From NCBI RefSeq assembly GCF_000009705.1, contig NC_003272.1, positions 5,100,001-5,132,000 on the forward strand: a stretch of DNA of 32,000 nt, given 5' to 3'. Made by a program: the position numbers and the translations under genes. This document shows positions 1 to 8,535 of this stretch, in pieces. The notes under the pieces were generated by a model. The model did no database searches, was not told where the DNA came from, and worked only from the letters and a program-made list of their open reading frames with translations. The number at the start of each line of letters is the position of its first letter. Within the stretch, counting starts at the first letter, position 1. Source of the DNA: Nostoc sp. PCC 7120 = FACHB-418. GTDB lineage: Bacteria > Cyanobacteriota > Cyanobacteriia > Cyanobacteriales > Nostocaceae.

Positions 1-34
1 GAGCCAATTAGCCAAGGGGAAGTGAAGAAGGCAA

Positions 35-113
35 GGGAGCAGGGAGCAGGTGAGCAGAGGGGCAGGGGAAGCAAAGAAGAAGAACCAATGACAACTGACA
101 ACTGACAACCGAC
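35..113. repeat. STRR-type tandem heptamer tracts. GGGAGCA-like units lie at 35-68 and three TGACAAC units at 89-109.
   Basis: Read directly. gggagca appears at 35-41 and 42-48 with degenerate units following. tgacaac appears at 89-95, 96-102 and 103-109. Confidence 0.8.
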
Positions 114-218
114 TATTAAAGTTTGACAGCTTGTCATTTGACTATGACAGCAGCTCAACTGAAAATAATTGAGGATGATATTGGTCTCAATGAGCCTTAT
201 TTGCAGAGAGAACGCGAC

Positions 219-554
219 ATGAAAAAGATTTTTTCCCTAGTACTGTTAGGCATAGCACTCTTCACTTTTGCCTTCAGTAGCCCTGCATTAGCAGCAGACA
301 GTGTAAATGGAGCCAAGATATTCAGTGCTAACTGCGCTTCTTGCCATGCAGGTGGCAAGAATTTGGTTCAAGCACAGAAAACTCTGAAGAAAGCCGATTT
401 GGAAAAATATGGGATGTACTCAGCAGAGGCAATCATTGCCCAGGTAACAAACGGTAAGAACGCCATGCCTGCTTTCAAAGGTCGCTTAAAACCTGAACAA
501 ATTGAAGATGTAGCTGCTTACGTGCTAGGAAAAGCCGATGCAGATTGGAAGTAA
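219..554 (+). CDS. petJ: Cytochrome c6 precursor, a soluble photosynthetic electron carrier
   Basis: A signal peptide ([25 protein letters not shown]) is followed by a mature [10 protein letters not shown]... sequence. It has the CxxCH heme motif (CASCH) and the distal NAMPAF Met ligand region. I placed the start at the internal ATG at 219 rather than the TTG at 123 given in the ORF track. Confidence 0.95.
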
Positions 555-585
555 ATTCCACTTCAAGAGCAAAGCTAACTAACAG

Positions 586-613
586 ATAGCGGGAAATAAT
601 CCCGCTATTTTTA
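586..613 (+). terminator. Intrinsic terminator after petJ
   Basis: A 9-bp stem pairs atagcggga (586-594) with tcccgctat (600-608) around a 5-nt loop and runs into a T-tract. It lies 32 nt after the petJ stop. Confidence 0.7.
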
Positions 614-650
614 TCATGAGAGAGATGAAGTAATAAGTGGAAAGCGCAAA

Positions 651-1775
651 TTAAATTAGATAATCTTCCACATTTGGCACATCTACCCAGCTAGCAGTTA
701 TATAAGATTGATGAGATAAATCCATTAATAACTGGGAATAAATACCTTCTTTTAAAGATGGTACTATTGGCTTTTGCTGATCAATGCCTTGTACCCATTG
801 GTCTACTACCCGCAAGAATGCACAAATGCGTCCGTCGGTGTAATGTTGGGGAAATAGTAATTTGGGTGGGATTTCGATTTCTTGAAGAGGTTGACCTGGT
901 TGGGAACCCCAAACGCGAAAACCGTGGATGTAATCTTTTTGATTTTCACTACCAATTACTAGAGTACCGCGATCGCCATATACTTCCATCCAGTGTGTTC
1001 TAGAAGCATGAACAGCAGCGCTGATAGTCACTTGGCAGGGCGTACCATTTGCTAATTCTAGTGACAGCAGACAAGTATCGTCTGTCTCTACTGCTTTTAA
1101 TTCACCACTAATAGAGTCAATCCGTTGAGGAATAGCTGTAGTCAAATGGGCATTTAATCGGCGGACTGAACCAAATAGCCAATAAATATAATCGAAAGCG
1201 TGGGAACCTAATGAACCTAACGCACCACCACCCTTTTCCTTAGAAGAATACCAGTTCCAAGGACGGGAAGTATCGGCACGAGAAGAACCTAACCAATCAA
1301 TTCTAATCAGGCGAGGAGTTCCTACATAACCTGATGATAGAAGTTCAGCGAATAGTTGCCATGCAGGGACAAAACGAAACTCAAAATCTACAGTGGCAAT
1401 AACACCTTGCTTTTTTGCTAATTGATACAATTCTTGTGCTTCAGCTACATTTAGGGTGACAGGCTTTTCTAGTAGTAAATGTTTTCCTGCTTGCAATACT
1501 GTTTTCCCCATTTCATAATGCAGGAAAGGTGGTGTAGCGATACTGACTGCTTGTACTTCCGGCAGATTAACGGTATCAGCTATAGTGTCAAAGGCATGGG
1601 GAATATTGTTTGCTTCGGCAATTGCTTTAGCTTTATGAATATCGCGGTGATAAATCGCAACTATATCAGTGCGATGATGGGCTTGAAAGGCAGGTATGTG
1701 AACTTTTTGACCAAAACCAGTCCCGGCGATCGCTACTCCAATTTTACCCTGATTTGCTTGTAATCCAGACACCAT
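651..1775 (-). CDS. Gfo/Idh/MocA family NAD(P)-dependent oxidoreductase
   Basis: The N-terminal Rossmann motif is KIGVAIAGTGFGQKVHIPAF. An EKP motif (LLLEKPV) and the overall 374-aa layout are typical of the family. Confidence 0.85.
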   Translation of the reverse strand: MVSGLQANQGKIGVAIAGTGFGQKVHIPAFQAHHRTDIVAIYHRDIHKAKAIAEANNIPHAFDTIADTVNLPEVQAVSIATPPFLHYEMGKTVLQAGKHLLLEKPVTLNVAEAQELYQLAKKQGVIATVDFEFRFVPAWQLFAELLSSGYVGTPRLIRIDWLGSSRADTSRPWNWYSSKEKGGGALGSLGSHAFDYIYWLFGSVRRLNAHLTTAIPQRIDSISGELKAVETDDTCLLSLELANGTPCQVTISAAVHASRTHWMEVYGDRGTLVIGSENQKDYIHGFRVWGSQPGQPLQEIEIPPKLLFPQHYTDGRICAFLRVVDQWVQGIDQQKPIVPSLKEGIYSQLLMDLSHQSYITASWVDVPNVEDYLI

Positions 1776-1870
1776 AAAATTTAAATAACTAAAAGTTTAT
1801 GTGTAATTCTACGGCGAAGCAAGCTAGGCGTAACATCTTTGAGCAATCTTTTCATGTTGACTGTTGACCG

Positions 1871-2052
1871 GAAGAGGCAGGGGGAGCAAGCCCTTTCCGC
1901 CAATGCGAGTGCGGCGTACCACTTCATGGAAGCAAGCTACGCGTAGGATCTCGTAGAGAAGCGAAACACGGAAGCCCTATCCTAGAAGGATGCTTAATTG
2001 GGGCGGAGTCTGAGCTTCCGTCTCAATTTATCCCCCTTGCTCCCTTGCCTCT
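1871..2052. mobile_element. MITE-like non-autonomous element, about 180 bp, bounded by imperfect inverted repeats
   Basis: gaagaggcagggggagcaag (1871-1890) is an imperfect reverse complement of cccccttgctcccttgcctctt (2031-2052). The interior carries the dispersed core TCTCGTAGAG (1949-1958). There is no ORF. Confidence 0.4.
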
Positions 2053-2092
2053 TTTGACTATGTAATTTAAAAGCGTAATAGCTTAACAATTA

Positions 2093-2368
2093 TCAATGCT
2101 GTTGTGGCCCTTTGGCATCACATTCCTTACTCCAGCACCGTTTTAACAGTCCAATGCGCCAACTGTAGGCGAAACGTCGGGGATTAAGTTCTAAGTCGCG
2201 GTTGAACAATGGTTGGTTGAGATATTGCCAAAGAGGAAATTTAATTTTGTGGTGTTTATCGGCCATAGGAAGAGCAAGATAGTATAAAAATAGTTTTGGT
2301 AGTAGCTCACCATATAAAGAACAACTACCAGATAATGAATTTCTAGTTAAAGATGACATGATATACAT
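2093..2368 (-). CDS. Hypothetical small protein (91 aa, or 88 aa from the ATG at 2359), co-directional with and downstream of the HetZ-like gene
   Basis: This is an open frame only and I recognise no family. It has a W/R-rich C-terminal half. An 8-bp hairpin (2370-2390) abuts its start. Confidence 0.3.
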   Translation of the reverse strand: MYIMSSLTRNSLSGSCSLYGELLPKLFLYYLALPMADKHHKIKFPLWQYLNQPLFNRDLELNPRRFAYSWRIGLLKRCWSKECDAKGPQQH

Positions 2369-2453
2369 CCAATTGTCCTGGTGACAATTGCGGAATTCTA
2401 CCTAAAGTTTGATGCTCAGGAATTTTTATAAAATAAATATATTTAAATCGCCA

Positions 2454-2551
2454 AGAAGCTAGAGGCTAGAGGCTAGAATTTTTACTCAGCAAGGGCTTAC
2501 GCCTCACCTTGCTAACACTACTCAGTCCTCAGCACTCAGTTCTCAGTTCTC
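2454..2551. repeat. Two STRR heptamer tracts: three AGARGCT units at 2454-2474 and four CTCAGNN units at 2521-2548
   Basis: Read directly from the sequence, immediately downstream of the HetZ-like stop codon. Confidence 0.75.
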
Positions 2552-2572
2552 CGTATTTAGCACTCATCATAG

Positions 2573-3769
2573 TTACTCTTGCGTTCTGATGGCTTGAGCT
2601 GCAAGATAAACTTTAGTCCATTCGCCCATGACTTGATGCTGTTTGAGGTTTAATTGTTGGGCTACAGCTTCTGTGGAGTTGCCTGATTTCCGCAAATCCA
2701 AGATTTGTCGTGCAATAGGGCTTAATTTTTCGTAGAGTTCTTGCCATTGGTTTTGTGTTAAACCCAAGTTATTTTCCTGTAAGGAAATTGCCAGCCAGTT
2801 ATCTACGAGTTCTGGTTTACCCTTGAGGGCAAAGACACGCACTGCGTGGTAGCTGATTTTTTCTCGCAGTCGATAGATTTCTTTGATTGGTTTATTTAAT
2901 TTCTTGGCGATTTCATCTTGGGTTTTGCCTTGTAAATACAGTTTTAGCCACTCTACTGCTTCTGTTCCCAGGTTTTCTTGTAAGTAGTTGGCAAACTCTT
3001 GCTGTACTGTCTGGCGCAGCGCTTGTTGTTCTTCTATTTGCTGTGCTTCTTGATATTCAGCGATCGCTTGATTATCTACTAGGTTAACTCGATTGTCGTT
3101 GTCGTCTGTCAATACTTCTTCGGAAACTAGCCTAACTAAGTCACCACCAGGGACTTGAGTTAACCCACCGCGTTGAGAACGGCGCAGGTAGTTGACAAAA
3201 CGATAAACTAACAAGGGCTGATTGCGTACTGGTCGTAAACAATATTCTTCTACAGTCGCAAATAGTAAAGTATCTTTGAGTCTCTTATCTAGAGCAACCT
3301 CGGCGATGTACGCCATTTGCTGTTGGATGTAAGTGTCATTTTGTAGCAATTCTTGTATTACTTCTTGTAATACATCAAGAACACCACGTTGGCGATCGCG
3401 GCTCAGAGCAATCCAGGTTTGAATTTTATTCCGTAATGTGACTAAACTTCCCAGCCGAGTGATCAGGTTGCGATAAGCACGTTCTCGACCTACACCCAAG
3501 TAGCGTTGACTTAAAATCTTCCAGCGATATTCCATCGCTTGCTTGGCAATTTCAAGTTCTTTAGGGTTTAGTAAATCCAATCGTTGTGCATCACGACCTA
3601 ACAGCCAGAGAATAATACTCTCTATTGCAGCTACATTTTGTTCTGGACACTCCGCAGCTAGCCGCTTGCGCCAAAATTGTGCTAGTTTTTCTGCTTCCGT
3701 TGCCATAGCGAGATTGCGCTCCTCGAAACCCTGTTTTAAAGTTTGCATCACAACCCCCATTTGTCGCAC
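2573..3769 (-). CDS. HetZ-family protein, a HetZ-related paralog and putative DNA-binding developmental regulator
   Basis: The 398-aa protein has a C-terminal half that parallels HetZ of Anabaena PCC 7120 as I remember it. It has two helix-turn-helix-like segments (TQDEIAKKLNKPIKEIYRLREKISYH and STEAVAQQLNLKQHQVMGEW) separated by a W..L.....LGL...QW..L...L linker. Several in-frame Met codons make the start uncertain. Confidence 0.7.
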   Translation of the reverse strand: MRQMGVVMQTLKQGFEERNLAMATEAEKLAQFWRKRLAAECPEQNVAAIESIILWLLGRDAQRLDLLNPKELEIAKQAMEYRWKILSQRYLGVGRERAYRNLITRLGSLVTLRNKIQTWIALSRDRQRGVLDVLQEVIQELLQNDTYIQQQMAYIAEVALDKRLKDTLLFATVEEYCLRPVRNQPLLVYRFVNYLRRSQRGGLTQVPGGDLVRLVSEEVLTDDNDNRVNLVDNQAIAEYQEAQQIEEQQALRQTVQQEFANYLQENLGTEAVEWLKLYLQGKTQDEIAKKLNKPIKEIYRLREKISYHAVRVFALKGKPELVDNWLAISLQENNLGLTQNQWQELYEKLSPIARQILDLRKSGNSTEAVAQQLNLKQHQVMGEWTKVYLAAQAIRTQE

Positions 3770-3966
3770 TTATCTTGTGAGCTAGCAAATCACCGTGAGT
3801 CCGTCATCTTGATGAGGACGTATCAACGATTCCATTGTTATTACGTCTTTATTGACGAATTTTATGCAGGAATTTATCTTTTTCTGGATTTTTCTTCGTC
3901 TTCAAGTCGCGGAAATCCTTGTATATCAAGCATTTGCTTCAATCTAGGCAAAATTAAAATTTTGTA

Positions 3967-4030
3967 AACTTATGTGTTGGAATCACGGATGGGGCATTTA
4001 CCCAGAGTAAGTGCAGATGCCTAATTTTTT
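3967..4030 (+). ncRNA. Speculative small RNA or orphan terminator in the hetZ-like/gdhA divergent region
   Basis: A -35-like TTGCTT (3934-3939) and a -10-like TAAAAT (3955-3960) are separated by a 15-nt spacer. A hairpin then pairs gggcat (3992-3997) with atgcct (4017-4022), with inner ttac/gtaa pairing, followed by aatttttt (4023-4030). No ORF is present. Confidence 0.2.
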
Positions 4031-4339
4031 GAGAGGCGTTTAGAAAAGCTAACATTTTGTACCTAGAGGAGCGGAAATAATACACTCTTATTCAGACGCT
4101 ATTTTAGCCATATAAGTTTCATTTCAGGGAATTTAGCGAGGATAATCTTGTATTTTTAGGGATGGAGAGTGTAAATTTCTTTCTGTCTTTCTCTACGTTT
4201 CCTGGATGACGCTCCGCGTTAAGCGTTGGTGCAGCCTCTCCGACAGAGAAGCTATACCGCTTTACACCCGCAAGAGGCTTTAGCGCCTCAAAGAGAAGCA
4301 CAGTTTTAAACCTGGCTTTTTTCTATAAAACATAAAAAT

Positions 4340-4353
4340 GTAACAAAAACTAC
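4340..4353 (+). promoter_or_regulatory. Candidate NtcA-type site (GTA-N8-TAC) upstream of gdhA
   Basis: GTAACAAAAACTAC matches the GTAN8TAC consensus exactly. It lies 86 nt upstream of the gdhA ATG at 4439. No TAN3T box lies at the canonical spacing of about 22 nt; the nearest is TAAGCT at 4384-4389. Confidence 0.3.
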
Positions 4354-4438
4354 AAAATCACCATTTTTCTGAAAAACCAAAGATAAGCTAGGCATATATA
4401 TCTGATTCGCCAAAATGCGGCGAATAGGAGAAAAACAT

Positions 4439-5728
4439 ATGGTTTCAATGCCGACCCTACCTTTGGAAGGTGCTAGTCCAGCACATATTTGTCCATTTGA
4501 TCAAGCTTGTAGCTACTTGGAAGCAGCCGCAAAAGAGTTGAGGCTAGATCAAGGGGCGCTGGAAATTCTCAGTCACCCACGTAAAGTTGTGACAGTTTCT
4601 ATACCTGTGAGATTAGATAACGGTGACATCCGGGTGCTAGCAGGACATCGAGTACAGCATTCTGATATATTAGGCCCCTACAAAGGTGGAACGCGTTACC
4701 ATCCAGCTGTGACACTGCGGGAAGTATCTGCTCTAGCAATGCTAATGACTTGGAAATGTGCGCTATTGGGTATTCCTTATGGTGGTGCGAAGGGAGGTAT
4801 TGCTATAGATCCCGAACACTACAGTGTAGGTGAATTAGAGAGAATTACTCGTCGTTATACAAGTGAATTGATTAAAGATATCGGCCCTTCCGTAGATATA
4901 CCAGCGCCAGATGTGGGAACTTCCGCCCGTGAGATGGCTTGGATGATGGACACTTATTCTATGAATGTTGGTCACGCAGTCCCAGGGGTTGTCACAGGTA
5001 AGCCAATTTCTATCGGTGGTTCACGGGGACGGGAAATGGCAACTGGACGCGGTGTAATGATTATTGTCCGTGAAGCACTGGCGGATATGGGCAGAACCTT
5101 AGAGGGAGTCAAAGTAGTTATTCAAGGTTTTGGCAATGTAGGCGGTGCTGCGGCTGAATTACTGTACCAAGCTGGAGCGAAAATTCTTGCTGTTTCTACA
5201 GGTGCAGGAGGTTTATTTGCGTCTGATGGTCTGGATATTCCGGCATTAAAAGCCTACGCTGCGGAAAATCATCGGAGTATTGTGGGTTTTCCCCAAGCAG
5301 TACCAATTAGTAATGCAGAGTTGCTAACTTTACCTTGCGATGTTTTGATACCCGCAGCTTTGGAAAACCAAATCACTGAGGAAAATGTAGACCAGATACA
5401 GGCGCAAATTGTGGCGGAAGCTGCTAATGGCCCGGTGACTTTGGAGGCTAACCGAGTTCTAGAAGGGCGGGGTGTGACTGTACTACCAGACATCTTGGCG
5501 AATGCTGGGGGTGTGGTGGTGAGTTATTTAGAGTGGGTGCAAGGTCTTTCTTACCTATTTTGGGATGAGGAGCGTGTCAATCGGGAAATGGAACACTTGA
5601 TGGTGCAAGCTTATCATCAAGTTATTAAACAGTCACAGATGCGGCAAGTTCCTTTGCGATTAGCCGCTTATACCTTGGGTGTGGGTAGGGTTGCTCAGGC
5701 GTTGAGCGATCGCGGTCTTTATCCTTGA
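4439..5728 (+). CDS. gdhA: NADP-specific glutamate dehydrogenase (Glu/Leu/Phe/Val dehydrogenase family)
   Basis: The catalytic region contains KGGTRYHP and GIPYGGAKGG. The dinucleotide-binding motif is VVIQGFGNVGGAAA. I chose the ATG at 4439 because AGGAG (4426-4430) lies 8 nt upstream. The ORF track starts at the ATG at 4415. Confidence 0.93.
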   Translation: MVSMPTLPLEGASPAHICPFDQACSYLEAAAKELRLDQGALEILSHPRKVVTVSIPVRLDNGDIRVLAGHRVQHSDILGPYKGGTRYHPAVTLREVSALAMLMTWKCALLGIPYGGAKGGIAIDPEHYSVGELERITRRYTSELIKDIGPSVDIPAPDVGTSAREMAWMMDTYSMNVGHAVPGVVTGKPISIGGSRGREMATGRGVMIIVREALADMGRTLEGVKVVIQGFGNVGGAAAELLYQAGAKILAVSTGAGGLFASDGLDIPALKAYAAENHRSIVGFPQAVPISNAELLTLPCDVLIPAALENQITEENVDQIQAQIVAEAANGPVTLEANRVLEGRGVTVLPDILANAGGVVVSYLEWVQGLSYLFWDEERVNREMEHLMVQAYHQVIKQSQMRQVPLRLAAYTLGVGRVAQALSDRGLYP

Positions 5729-5732
5729 GGAA

Positions 5733-5763
5733 GGGACTGGGGATTGGGGATTGGGGACTGGGT
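5733..5763. repeat. STRR heptamer tract of four GGGACTG/GGGATTG units, directly after the gdhA stop
   Basis: gggactg is at 5733-39, gggattg at 5740-46 and 5747-53, and gggactg at 5754-60. Confidence 0.8.
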
Positions 5764-5919
5764 ATGAAATAAACTCTTTATTCTCTCTGCGCCTCTGCGC
5801 CACCCTGCGGGTTCGCTCTTAGCGTTCTCGTAGAGTAGCCGCAAAGCGTCTACTGCGTGATAGAAATCATCTCACAATTATGCAGCGCCAGATTTTACTC
5901 CCTACTCTCCTAGATTTTC

Positions 5920-5950
5920 GGTGCGTTAGGACTAATTTCCGTAACGCACC
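5920..5950. other. 9-bp stem hairpin in the convergent gdhA/acs spacer
   Basis: ggtgcgtta (5920-5928) pairs with taacgcacc (5942-5950). The motif acgcaccttcg recurs at 5944-5954 and 5964-5974, and the second copy lies inside the acs 3' end. There is no clean U-tract on either strand. Confidence 0.35.
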
Positions 5951-5962
5951 TTCGTATTTTAA

Positions 5963-7935
5963 TTACGCACCTTCGCGTAATTTATCTAAGACACTTCTAT
6001 CTTCCAGAGTGGAAGTATCGCCAGAAACTTCTTGTCCGGCGGCGAGATTTCGTAGTAAGCGGCGCATGATTTTACCCGATCGCGTCTTTGGTAATGCGTC
6101 AGTAAAGCGGATTTCCCCAGGACGAGCGATCGCCCCAATTTCCTGAACTACGTGCTGTTTGAGGGCTTTACTCAAGTCTTCGCTGGCTTGATAAGTTCCT
6201 TCTAGGGTGACAAAAGCTACCACTTCTTCGCCTTTTAAGTCATCTGGTTTGCCCACTACTGCCGCCTCAGCTACGGCTGGGTGAGACACTAAAGCTGATT
6301 CTACTTCCATTGTACCGAGGCGATGTCCTGACACATTCAATACATCATCCACACGCCCCATTACCCAGAAATAGCCGTCTTCATCTTTTCTTGCACCATC
6401 GCCGGCAAAGTAAGTATAATTCCCATCTTTGGGGGGATGTGTTCCCAGTAGGTGCGGCGGAAGCGTTCCGGATCGCCGTAGACAGTCCGCATCATCCCAG
6501 GCCAGGGATAACGCACTGCTAAGTAACCACCTTCGTTTTCCGGTACAGTGTTACCTTCTAAATCAACGATGTCGGCCAGGATGCCGGGGAAGGGAAGGGT
6601 AGCGGAACCGGGTTTAGTGGAAATTGCCCCTGGTAGAGGCGTAATCATGATACCGCCAGTTTCCGTTTGCCACCAAGTATCAACTATGGGGCAGCGTTCA
6701 CCACCAATTACTTTGTGATACCACATCCAAGCTTCTGGGTTGATGGGTTCGCCGACGGTTCCTAATAATCTTAAAGAAGAAAGATTACGGGCGTTGGGAT
6801 GGTGTTCGCCCATTTTAATGAAGGCGCGAATTGCGGTGGGTGCGGTGTAGAAAATATTCACGCCGTATTTTTCAATTACATCCCAGAAACACCCAGGATT
6901 AGAGGCACGAGGCGCACCTTCATACATCAGAGTGGTTGCACCGTTGGAGAGGGGGCCGTAAACAATGTAACTGTGTCCGGTAATCCAGCCTACATCGGCA
7001 GTACACCAATATACATCTGTGTCTTGTAGGTCGAAAATCCATTTGGTGGTCATGTGAGTATATAGGTTATAACCGCCAGTGGTGTGGACAACACCTTTGG
7101 GTTTGCCTGTGCTACCAGAAGTGTAGAGGACAAAGAGTAAATCCTCGCTGTCCATTGGTTCGGCGGGACAATCTGCCGATGCACCTTTTTGTAAATCGTG
7201 CCACCAATGATCTCGTCCTCCCAACTGCATATAAATATCTTGTCCGGTACGCTTGACAACCAGGACATTCTCCACACTGGGAACAGCGTCATCAGCCAAG
7301 GCTTTGTCTACCTGTTCTTTCAAGGGAACGATCGCATCTTTACGCCAACCACCATCAGCTGTAACTACTACCTTGGCTTGGGCATCAATTAAGCGATCGC
7401 GCAATGCTTCCGCACTAAACCCACCAAATACCACACTATGAGGCGCGCCAATTCTGGCACAGGCTAACATAGCGATCGCGGCTTCCGGTATCATCGGCAT
7501 ATAAATACCGACGCGATCGCCTTTCTGCACTCCCAGTTGTTTCAAGACGTTGGCGAACTGGCAAACTTCCCGATGCAATTGGGCATAAGTTAAAGTACGG
7601 GAATCTCCTGGTTCCCCTTCCCAAATCAACGCGGCTTTATTTTTCCGCCAGGTTGTGAGATGTCTATCTAAACAGTTGTAGGAAATGTTAATCTTCCCAC
7701 CCACGAACCACTTAGCAAAAGGTGCTTGCCAATCTAGTACTGTGTCCCATTTTTGGAACCAGTGCAATTCTGTTTCGGCTAATTCTGCCCAAAATTTTTG
7801 CGGATCAGCTTTGGCTTTGTCATAAAGACGTTGGTAATCTTCTAGACTTTTAATCTGGGCATTTTGGGAAAACTCGGTACTGGGAGGAAATAAACGTTTT
7901 TCTTGCAGAATTGACTCTATAGTTGGCTGAGACAT
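5963..7935 (-). pseudogene. acs: Acetyl-CoA synthetase (AMP-forming) interrupted by a single-nucleotide frameshift
   Basis: The N-terminal ORF (6361-7935, 524 aa) has the AMP-binding motif [11 protein letters not shown] and GWITGHSY. The C-terminal ORF (5963-6361) starts [17 protein letters not shown] and contains [11 protein letters not shown]. The two frames overlap around the G6 run at 6431-6436. One extra base there restores ...[33 protein letters not shown]..., giving a protein of about 657 aa. Confidence 0.85.
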
Positions 7936-8535
7936 AGTTATAAGGATGAGTAGTATTGTTACTGAAAACTATTTTTATCGGAGTTGTGTCCAACAATATT
8001 TAGATTTTCATTAAGCTAAGTAAGCGGTAATTACCTAGTTATTATCATTATGACCTCGACAGTTAGGCAAGGATAATGTTATCAGTCTACGGAAATTCCC
8101 TGATAACTGCTGTAGGTACTAGAAGGTCGAAACAATCAATGTTTGTCTTTATACCACTGATAAATAAAATAAGTAGCTATGGTCTTCTCTAGGTTCCCTG
8201 GTGTACGCGGAGTGTGTCGTTCGCGGTAGCGTTGCGTAGCAAAGACAGACTCTACATGAATGAATGATTGGAGGTCATCGCCATTCTTATTAGTTCTATT
8301 TGGTTACAAGCTATGCTGTCGCGCCTCAAAATTATTACAGGTAAGACAATAGATAAGACTTAGATGATATAATAATGGGCTACTAATTTTTATCCCCCAA
8401 GGGTAAACTCTACTACTGCTTAAACAAATTAATCTATTTAGGTTGATATGTTGTATGAAGATACATTTGATATTTTTGTTAAATAAGTTAGTAGTCAGTA
8501 AAATTTAGGTATAAATTGGAAAAAAGCGTAAGTTC

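Noticed and set aside
758-1763. Plus-strand ORFs 758-1003 and 1479-1763 inside the oxidoreductase gene. Analogous nested antisense ORFs also occur: 2887-3087, 3543-3785, 3591-3788, 5269-5493, 6310-6522, 6799-7029, 7050-7624, 9455-9682, 9899-10126, 10561-10764, 12769-13108, 16418-16612, 17051-17254, 17603-18244, 18943-19245, 19696-19911, 22284-22562, 22999-23238, 24549-24770, 27080-27667 and 29802-30023.
   Set aside because: Each lies entirely within, or antisense to, a longer ORF that has clear family motifs. Their translations are low-complexity or Cys/Arg-rich, as is typical of shadow frames.
4119-4301. A 60-aa minus-strand ORF in the gdhA upstream region, and the 74-aa plus-strand ORF at 3743-3967
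   Set aside because: The first is made up mostly of a dispersed GC-rich repeat copy. The second is a low-complexity translation of AT-rich leader sequence (FLDFSSSSSRG). Neither has a start context or a family resemblance.
5880-6146. An 88-aa plus-strand ORF
   Set aside because: It is antisense to the conserved C-terminal fragment of acs and to a repeat-containing spacer.
6425-6440. Programmed ribosomal frameshifting as the explanation for the split acs
   Set aside because: Acs is not known to use recoding. No slippery heptamer with a downstream structure is evident. A homopolymer indel, either a mutation or a sequencing error, is the simpler explanation.
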